64,000 bases of DNA from Neocallimastix sp. 'constans'. Lineage: Eukaryota. The translations under genes and the position numbers were made by a program. The notes under the pieces are model-generated. The model searched no databases, was not told where the DNA came from, and was given only the letters and a program-made list of their open reading frames with translations. The stretch spans positions 806,001 through 870,000 of the forward strand of contig JBODTK010000013.1 of assembly GCA_050613775.1 (NCBI GenBank), in the 5' to 3' direction. Positions 48,122 through 58,277 of the stretch are shown in pieces (the stretch's first letter is position 1; every line of letters starts with the position of its first letter).

Positions 48122-48693
48122 CAGGGAAGAGAATACACTTCCAAAACTTTATTAAATTTTATTTTAAAAAATACATGTAGGTGAAAAGTACAATTGAAAT
48201 TAAAAATAAAAAAATTTAAAAAATAAAAAATAAAAAAGCTCGAAAATACTATGTATTTCGGCAAGTTGTACTATGCGGGAATTTTTCCCTTCCTAACAAA
48301 TAAAAAAGAAATAAAACCTAGAAGTAACATCTTTAAAATAGATAGTGTGGTGTCCACTAAACTCTCCCCGGATTCATCATTTATTGAACTACAAGGGCGA
48401 GATTCACCCTTCGTAGAAATAGATGATGATCCTGTATTATCATTATGCCTTATCAGTACGACGTCGACGTTCTTGGATAAGTTTGGTAATTTACAATACC
48501 TATCAAACAATAGCTCAAACGAACTACTTATGATAGGTATTGCTTGAAGTATTTAAAAGACTCCAAAAATATTAATTTCATAAAAAAATTTTCTTTTTAT
48601 ATTTTACATACAAATTATTACTTAATCAAATATTATAAATATTTATAATACTTTTAATGTACAAAAGTTTAAATATTATGTTGAACTTTAACA
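44265..48693 (-). mobile_element. Decayed Ty1/copia element with two ~236-bp LTRs (44265-44500; 47745-48693, interrupted) and most of RT deleted
   Basis: Gag (47694), CHICKTKGHSADHC, ELVHSDV..DDFSR..SDNGTEY..QQNGRAER, HLKVFGC, GYSDSDFA..RRSTSGY..STAEAE, KHINLRY; PPT GTAGGGGGAA at 44501-44510. Confidence 0.93.
47846..48544 (-). mobile_element. 5'-truncated LINE with duplicated 3' end, inserted in the copia 5' LTR
   Basis: 13-bp TSD TGAAGTATTTAAA (47833-47845, 48545-48557); two poly(A) tails; ORF end homologous to the LINE at 23.4-24.7 kb. Confidence 0.88.
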
Positions 48694-48773
48694 TTTTTAT
48701 ATATATATATAAATTCTTTTTTGTATTTTCAAAAATTGCTTTTTACTTTTATTTTTATTGTATGATATAAATC

Positions 48774-48807
<34 letters not shown>

Positions 48808-48957
48808 TTTATTTATTTATTAAAAAAATAATGAAATAATTTAAATTATAATTTTTATTGTATTATTATTATTATTAAAATTAAAATGATTTGTCTCAAT
48901 TAGTTTTAAGTCTATACCTATCTATTATCAGAATTAAAATATTTATAATAATTATAC

Positions 48958-49002
<45 letters not shown>

Positions 49003-49183
49003 ATAAAATAAAAATGATAAAAAAAAAAAAAAGATAATAATAGTAATAATAATAATAAATTATAAAAAATGAAATAAAAATATATTATTATTAATATATA
49101 AATATTTTTTTTTATTAAATTATAAAAATTACTATATTTAATTTATTGAATAGAATATTTATTTTAAGTAAAATTAGAAAGTT

Positions 49184-50074
49184 TTAATTTTGAATATTTT
49201 CATCCAAAGTATTTATTTGACTTAAAAGATTGCTTATATTCTTATTAATATCACCTATCATAACAACATCTCTGTAATTGCCACCAAGTTCTACGATTTT
49301 TTTAATTTCATTTTCAGATTTACCATAATAAGATTCTGAAGTACTGTCAGATGTTGATTGTATTTCATTTTCACCAAAATAATCTATAAATTCATCAATA
49401 TTTTGTTTATTAATTAAAAGTCTCGAACAACTATTTGGAACATTTGAAATTAATTGATCAAATGGATATGTTTCTATTATATAATATTATTTAAATAAAT
49501 ATGTATTAATATTATATTATATATATATAGTATAATTATAATAATTATTTTTATAATTACCATTCTTTAAACCAATTATAATTAACATATCTACATCAAG
49601 ATTACCAGTTTCACAGTAATTCAAAAACTAATTGCAATAAATTATATAATACAAGATTAATACAATTTTAGTATTATTTATTATTAATTAATTAATATTA
49701 TTTTTATATTTTGTTATTATATTTACGTTATCTTCAATATTTTCTTGAGAAAACCTAATATCTGGATGTAACAAACCATTACATTTTGGACATTCTGGTG
49801 TTAAATTTTCTTTTATTTTGTTCCAATAACAAGGTTCTTCTTCATCTTCTTTAAGAGTATATTGGCATTGAGTACATTTTTTTGGGTAAAAGAATGATCC
49901 GTTAGAGGTTATGATTTTTTCTATAATCAAAGAAATAAACAAATGAATATATATATAATAAATTAAAGTTATATTAATATTTATATTTAAATCTATTATG
50001 GGTTTAAATTCAATAAATATTTCAATAAATAATAATAATTATAATAATTATAATAATACTAATAAATTTAAAAC

Positions 50075-50142
<68 letters not shown>

Positions 50143-50376
50143 TTACCTTTTGGAATACCAATTTGGAATTCCAACATATCAATATTTAATGTAAATAAAT
50201 ATTTTAATAAATCTTTTTCATTTAAGAAACTAATAAATTTATGTACATTAGTATTCTCTATTTCCTTTTTATATATTTGATAGTATTTTTCTTTAACAAT
50301 TTCATTAAATTTCTTAGAATTCTAATTATTATATTAACATAAAAATAAAAAATCGATAAATATTGATATTATTTTA

Positions 50377-50421
<45 letters not shown>

Positions 50422-50997
50422 TATTTTGATAATCTTAATATTATTTTGATATTATGAAATTTACATTTATATAGCTTTCAGTATCATAAGCTAAAGCTTC
50501 AAGATCAGTTAATGAAGGTAAATTTAAGTTATCCATATAATCATCACCTAATAAAACAGCAATCTTTAAATTTTTATTTTGAATAGCCTTATTTATTATT
50601 TTACTAATACCACGTGATGAAACATCACCATCTAAGACATTCATACGATCCTTTAATGGCATTTGTAAATGTTTTCCTATAATTCATGTGTAATTTAAAT
50701 AATTCTTATTAATAATTATTTTTTTACTTAATTTTATTTTCCTTAAATTTCTTTAATTATTATCTAAAATGAATTATATACAAAAATTAAATTGCTTATT
50801 AAGTATTAAATAATATATAAAATTATATATAAAATAATTTTTTACTCATTAATGGATGTTGATAATATTCAACTGGGGAATCTTTTACATTGACAGTAAA
50901 GGTATCAAAGAAATGAGGATCCATTTTCTTTATATGCTCTTCAATTTTTGAATACATTTCTTTTGAACGAGCAGCTTTTCAATTATTATTATTATTA

Positions 50998-51028
<31 letters not shown>

Positions 51029-51157
51029 AACTATTATTACTATTTATTTATTATTTATTATTTATTATTTATTATTTATTATTTATTATTTATTATTTAT
51101 TATTTATTATTTATTATTTATTATTTATTATTATTATTAATTTAAACATTTAAAATG

Positions 51158-51201
<44 letters not shown>

Positions 51202-53266
51202 AAATACATACAACTTTGTTGAGAAAGAACATTTAAGCAACACCATCCATACTTATTTTCTTTTCTTGGATCAGCACCGTATTTTAACAGTATATCAATT
51301 ATATCAGGTAAATATTGACTATCATGCCAACAAGCGGATAATAAAGGAGTAGATCCTGAGAAGTCAACACAGTCAACATATTCCTCTAAATTAGCTTCTT
51401 TAGCCTTTTCTAATAAAATTTTTATGGTTTCAGTTGGATCATTAATAATAGATTGGCATGCATGATGAAGTGCAGTAGATCCATCATTATCACGATAAAG
51501 CATATTTTGAATTAGATCCTTATCTCTTAATAATAATTTAACAATATCATTTTGAGCCTTTGAAGCTGCCGAAATTAACGGAGTAAAGCCAAACATAGTT
51601 GGAGTTAAAATATCAATATTTGGTCGTTCAAGTAAATATTTAATAATATCAATATGACCTCTCATGATAGCTGATGTTAATGGTGTTGAACCATCTCTAC
51701 TAGTTAAATTAATATCTTTATAATTATATATATATATAATTTATTGAATGTTAATTTACTTTAATATTTAGTATCATACTCAATATTATTACTTTTATGT
51801 TATTAATTCGTATATCAATGTTTTTATTATTATTTACCAGCTCCAGCCTCAACTAATAATTTAGTAGATTCAAAATCACCCATAATTGTAGATTCATGTA
51901 AAGCTGAGCATTTAGATTTGTTAACCATAAATAAAGGATCATCATCCCACAATTCAGATGCAGGTTTTTGACGAGCGTCTAATATAAGTTTAACAATATC
52001 TGGATTATTATTGTGAGCGGCATAGTGAAGTGGGGTACGTCCATCAATAACTGGGATAGATGGATCTGCATCATACTTTTAATATAATATTAATTATTAT
52101 TATTTTAAAAAAATATATATTTAATATTTAATATTATTATAAAATAATTTTAATAATAATAATAATAATAATAATTGATTTATATATTCAAAATTTTACT
52201 TACTTTTAATAATAAATCAACTATATCAGTATATCCATTGCATGAAGCCATTAATAAGGCTGTACAGCCCTTTGAATCTATTATTAATAAAATCGATTTA
52301 TTTGATAATATATATTCAATTATTTTTTATATATAAATAAATTTTTAAAATATTAATTGAAAATAATATTATTATTTTTATTTTTTATTTCATTATATTT
52401 GTATATTTGACTTGATTATTAAATAAATATTACCTTTTTCATTAATGATACTCTTAACACCAAAGCTAAGAATTAATTGAGCACATTCTAAATGACCTTT
52501 TGACGCAGCAATATGTAAAGGAGTCCATTTTGCTTCAAGAGTTTTACCTTTAACTAATGTTTCAATGTATTCTGGTTCTAATTGGAATAATAATTTTAAT
52601 GTATCGATATAGCCCTTATGGGTACAAAGATGCATAGCATTACAACCTTCATCGTTTTTTTCCAAAACTGTGGATTTATAATTTAAAGTTGTAAGATTGG
52701 ATAATATGTAATCGACTAAATGAGCATGACCGTACCTATTAATACAATACAATATATTATTATTATTATTATTATTATTATTAAAATTAAATTTAAATTT
52801 AAACTTTTTTTTTTTTTAAAAAAAAAAAAAAGGAATAAGAATTTTATAATTACTATTTATATTAATAACTAACCGACAAGCATATAAGAAAGGTGTATTT
52901 CCATTTTCATCTTTAAATTTAATTTTTGGATATTGAACCTTATTAGCAAGAAGAGCGTATTCACTTGTATTAACACCGAGTGCAGAATCCTTTAATAACG
53001 TACTTTAATATAAAATAGTAATATATATTTAATAAAAAGAAAGAAAAAAAATGTTATAAAAATTATTTACTATACAAAATACCGATATTTATTATTAACA
53101 TTAATAAACATAAATAATTGATTTATATATATTACATTAAATTTTCTTTTCTTTCCCTTGCTCTTTTTTCTTGAATTTTTTTATAAGCAACAAAGGATAC
53201 AATAAAACCAGCTGATATTGCTGATGTTGTAATAATAATCTTTCTTTTATTATTTCTAAAGGCCAT
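49184..53266 (-). CDS. N-terminal signal anchor + ankyrin repeats + degenerate SIRT2/Hst2-like sirtuin domain (about 12 exons)
   Basis: MAFRNNKRKIIITTSAISAGFIVSFVAYKK; many ankyrin repeats (GNTPFLYAC, WTPLHIAASKGH, GRTPLHYAA, GSTALHHAC); HKFISFLNEKDLLKYLFTLNIDMLE, CTQC..CPKC..LHPDIRF, DMLIIIG, RLLINK, NYRDV. Confidence 0.85.
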
Positions 53267-53340
53267 TTTGTATTTATATTTGGAATATATATGATATATG
53301 AAAATAAATCTTTTGTTTAATTATATACATAAGAAAAAAA

Positions 53341-53375
<35 letters not shown>

Positions 53376-54715
53376 GATAGATAGATAGAACAAAATTATT
53401 AGATATAATAAATTCTATATATTATTCAATTTAATATTTATAAAAAAAAAGTTAATGAAATGAAGTTAACATTTAAATTCACATTATCTTTTCAATACTC
53501 TCTCGTTGTATAGATTGAATAAGTCATTTTTCCTTTATTTAATTATTATATTTTTTATTTTTATTATTATTAATATCATCACCATTTTAAATTAATCTTT
53601 GATATATTAAATTAAATATATACAAAATTTTTATTAAATTCAATTTAATATCATTTTTATTTACTAATTTGAATATTGAAATCAACAATCCATCACAATT
53701 CAATTATATTAATATTTACTTACAAATTATCTACAATAACATTAATTTCATGTTTTCTTGTTAATTACAAATTAACTATTTTTAGTATATATTAATTATT
53801 ATAAAAATTTAATAATTTTATTAATAATTAATTTTATAATATAAAGAATTATTTTAATTGAATGATTATATACTATATATTATTATTTAAAAATAAAAAA
53901 TATAAAGATAAAAAAAAAATAAATAATAAATAATAAATACAAAAAAAAAAAAAAGGTAATATATTTTCTTTTTTATTTAATATACTATTATTTGACTTTT
54001 TTTTTTTTTTTTTTTCTCGTATTTTTTCTATCTTTATGATACACTTTAATTAATTTATAATAATAAAGTTTGGCAGAGAGAGAAAAAAAAAGGTAAACTA
54101 TATATCCTAAAAATATGTATAATTTATTAATAATAACATCAAAAATAAATTTTGCTATCCATAATGTATTAGAAAAAGAATTTACGTAATTGATCTAATA
54201 ATACATCATAATCAATCATTTTTAAAAAACTTTAAATGTTAATTTAATTATTAAAAAAAATAATAATAATCTTTTGTATTTAAAAAATGTCATCTTTTTA
54301 TCTATTCTTTTCATCTATTTTTTTTATCAATTCTTTTTTATTTATTCTAAAAGTTCAAATATGACTAAATATAAAATATTTATTTAAATCAGTATAAAAC
54401 AAAGCAACTTTTCATTTAAAATATATTTATTTATTTTTATTAATATTTATTTATTTTTTTAATTTTTATTTATTTATTTATTTTTATTCTTTAAAATTAA
54501 ACGGGTAATTTGGGTAATTTGTTTTATGAAAAACTTCTCTGGATATAATATAAAAAAAACAAAGTTTTAAAAATAAATTAATTTTTATCATTTATAATAT
54601 ATTTTAAATATATTTCAATATATTAAGTTTTTAATTAAATTTGATTTTTTTTTATTTTTTTGAATAATAAAAATAATATATAATCATAATTATTATCATT
54701 ACTATAATTAAAGTT

Positions 54716-54806
54716 ATTTCTATTATTATGATTATTTATTACTATTATTATTATGATTATTTATTACTATTATTATTATGATTATTTATTACTATTATCA
54801 TTATGA

Positions 54807-54842
<36 letters not shown>

Positions 54843-54845
54843 TAT
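54716..54845. repeat. 22-bp minisatellite (about x4) grading into (TAT)n
   Basis: tattattatgattatttattac repeats. Confidence 0.8.
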
Positions 54846-55137
54846 TAACCGACTATCTGTAGAACCACGCAAATATATAATGAAAAATTATATATTATAT
54901 TATATTATTTATTTATTTATATAAAGAGAACTCAATACATTAATTTATTAATGTAAAGTTATATTTATAATATTTATAATGAATAGTAATAAATTTATAA
55001 TTTAATTACATATTGATATAAAACAAATATGTGTAGTAACATATATATATATATAATAATAATTATTAAATATTAAATTTATATCTTTTTGATAATTATT
55101 TTATTTTATTTCAATATGTATTATTATAATTATTATC

Positions 55138-55710
55138 TTTTTTTTATTTCCGGTGTGTACCTCAAGACATGGGAATATTAAGGTAGTCACAACACTTTGT
55201 GGATATAGTCCCTACTGAACAGCCTTACTGTTTTATACAGCATTGGCGCTCTAACCATACATATTATTGCTAAGATTATCTAGCATAATTTTTCTCGGAA
55301 TGCTTTTTCGGTACCTAACTCCCTAGAAGCGAGGCTAGAGTAACCTAATCCAACGAATCACTTGCTAGCCCACTTGGTTATAGTATTTAGCTAGCAGATT
55401 GATTATTCGTACGTGCATATGAACCTATATGTTAGGAATTTCCTCGTAAGTATATTAATGACAGTTACTAGCGCAACCCTCTCAGGCCCACTGTTAGAAC
55501 AGTATCTAGTCTATATTACTCCGGAATTTAAGAATATTACATATAAGGGGAGGGGGATATGCTTACCTGTAAACGGAAACCCTAACCACCATCTACCATA
55601 AAACTTTTTGTTAAAGGAAAAACCGGAAAATGGTCAAAAGGCGGGGTCGAACCAGGAGCCTTATGTATGATAATCTGTGGACTAACAACCAGGATAGAAC
55701 CTGGTTCAAC
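55138..55710 (-). mobile_element. Candidate tRNA-derived SINE or structured ncRNA island
   Basis: Non-coding island much richer in GC than its flanks; B-box GGTTCGACCCC and degenerate A-box at the minus-strand 5' end; ends AATAAAAAAAA. Confidence 0.4.
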
Positions 55711-55770
55711 TATTATAATTGATAAAGAATAAAATAATAATGATATTTTTAACATAAATTCTTAATAATT

Positions 55771-56760
55771 TGTTAAGTTTGTATTTAGATTAAAGGGTAA
55801 ACTTGGTCGTAAGCCTTTAATCTAATAACCTTATAGATATTTATTTTTATTTTATTTTATAAGTTTATTTATTCAAATTATAAAATGTTATTTTGCTATT
55901 AAACTTTTAATTAAATAGATTTTATTTAATATGTCTTATTATAAAGTTATCATATTATTTTATAAATAATAATCTTACAAAGATTTAAAAAAAGAATAAT
56001 CTTTAGTTTTTTATATTTTTGAAAAACAATATAAAATATTTAATAATATATTTTAATATATACTAATTTAAAGATAACAACATAATTTTAATATATAAAG
56101 TAATAAAATAATATATATATAATATAATATAATAAAAATATATAATTAAAAAATAATATAATTAATAATAAAAAAATTTTTTATAAATAATATTCAACTA
56201 TATTAGTTAATATAAAAAAAGGGATAATATTAATTAATATGTAATACAATATTAATTAAATTATGAACGGTACAAGGATTTAAGGAGTACAAATTATATT
56301 TTTCATTAAATTATTATTTTTGTAGTATTGAATATAAATTTATTTGTATCATATCCTTGACAACGCTCTCTCCAAGAATTCGTATTCCAGGTGAATTCAA
56401 GAAATACTAATATTTTTGATATTAGTTTATTCAAAAGAGTACGCAAGAAGTATTTGAAATTCACTTGAACATAAATGTTCAATTGGCCATGTGAATTTCA
56501 AACTAGTTGGAGAAATAAATTCTGTTGAATATACATTTTTAAAAGAAATTTTTTTTTAATTATAAACTATATGAGATCGAGACTGGTTTCCTATTATTAT
56601 TTATATATTTAATAAAAATATTTTGGTTTCTTGGATTATTCTCAACTTCAGAAGAAGATACCCAGTTATAGGAGGAATGATATTTATAAAGGATTTTATA
56701 TTCGTATTGTTTCTTCTTATAGTTAGTTCTAAAACCCGCAATTTCAATAATATCCTTAAT
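55771..56760 (-). mobile_element. 3' part of an older Ty3/gypsy chromovirus (chromodomain end, 3' UTR, PPT, 3' LTR ~56362-55771)
   Basis: IKDIIEIAGFRTNYKKKQYEYKILYKYHSSYNWVSSSEV; PPT GGAGAGAGCGT then TGTCAAGG; left LTR end TGTTAAG is tentative. Confidence 0.7.
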
Positions 56761-57744
56761 TGTAAAGATATTATTAATATCTTTAAATAATTTTAATTAA
56801 ATTTAATCATAAATTTAAGTAAAATTAAAATAAATTTATTTGAAATCACGTGTATAAAATTATTGAAAATATTTTTAACATAATTTCGATTTTTTTCCCA
56901 ATCATACTAATAAATTAAAAATTTCTCTTGTGAAACTAGTATTTGAAAATCATTTCTTTTTATGTAATTTAATTTAAATAATAAGAGTTAAGGTTTTTCA
57001 CAAGATAAATTAACAACATGAAACTATGCAATTAGTCATGTTGAAACTTACGGCATTTTATGCTAAATTTATATTAAATAATTATGACAACTTTTATATT
57101 ATTTTTAAATAGAAAATATATAATAAATTTACTAATAATATTTAAATAATAAATAAATAATAAATGAACTCAATTAGAATTGATTATATTTATTTTAGTT
57201 ATTAATTATAATTCTCTTTATTTAGTAATAGTTAATTATTTATTATTAGTTTAGGTTAGTACTGTTTTAAATAAATAGCTAGATAATATAATTCAATAGG
57301 AATTATATATTATAAATGCAATAAGATAAAAATATAAATAGTTATCAAATTTCATGTATTTTAATCGATGTAATTGTTATTAACGATTTCTTGTTAATAA
57401 CACTTTAAAATAAATAAAGATTTTAATATTTAAAAAATTAATAAAACTTGTTCTTTAAAACTATTATTTTGTGTTTTAGTGTTATTATTGAAGTGTTGAT
57501 TTATAATCTATTTTTTTTATCAAAACTTTATAATAACAATTACCTTTTAAACAAACAAAAATACGTTATAAATCAATAAAAAATATTTAAAACACGTGAC
57601 TCTTTTGTGGCTTATTTGTGGCTTGAATCAAGATATTTTTACCAGATATTTTTACCAAGGATTTTTAGAAGCTACCCACTTTTGACACTACCGACTTTGG
57701 AATACTCACAATTTTAGATTATTGCTACCAGCTTTAGGATATCG

Positions 57745-57953
57745 CTACCAGTTTAAGGAAATATTCTACTCGATTTAGGCTAATTCTACCAGTTTAAGGA
57801 AATATTCAACTCGATTCAGGCTATTCTACCAGTTTAAGGAAATATTCTACTCGATTTAGGCTAATTCTACCAGTTTAAGGAAATATTCAACTCGATTCAG
57901 GCTATTCTACCAGTTTAAGGAAATATTCTACTCGATTCAGGCTAATTCTACCA

Positions 57954-57956
<3 letters not shown>
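57745..57956 (+). repeat. ~40-41-bp tandem repeat x5 in the retrotransposon 5' UTR
   Basis: ctaccagtttaaggaaatattc(t/a)actcgatt(t/c)aggcta(a)tt. Confidence 0.92.
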
Positions 57957-57995
<39 letters not shown>

Positions 57996-58277
57996 TTACC
58001 AGACTCATACCATACCATTTATCATATTGGGACACTTGTGCAAGACTTTTGAATAAAATTACCAGATTACGTGAGAAATCCATAATATTATTTGGAATTA
58101 AATTTTAACCAGTAAGATACTATATTATAATATTCAGTTTACTCGACGGCACCACTACAATTGGAGAGAGCCAGTTCGACTTTACATACAATATTATAAT
58201 AGAAATATCTTTTTATTAGAACATCTATTTCAAATATCATTATTTAAAATATTCAAAAGTAAATAATAAGTTACAAA

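Noticed and set aside
48445..48476. Hammerhead ribozyme in the conserved LINE motif
   Set aside because: CTGATAA is not CUGAnGA and no consistent three-stem junction with GAAA exists in both copies
55200..55212. GATATAGTCC resembling a group I intron S element
   Set aside because: No matching upstream R/P7 partner or host gene visible
55578..55587. AACCCTAACC as a telomerase RNA template in the GC-richer island
   Set aside because: A 10-nt match alone is weak; downstream pairing does not fit the canonical U-rich triple-helix pseudoknot, and the Pol III-like boxes are on the opposite strand. Revisit only if the island proves single-copy and conserved
55631..55705. Functional tRNA gene
   Set aside because: B-box present, but acceptor, anticodon and T stems do not pair into a cloverleaf
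57745..57956. CRISPR-like array
   Set aside because: Units are contiguous near-identical repeats with no unique spacers; eukaryotic retrotransposon context, no cas genes
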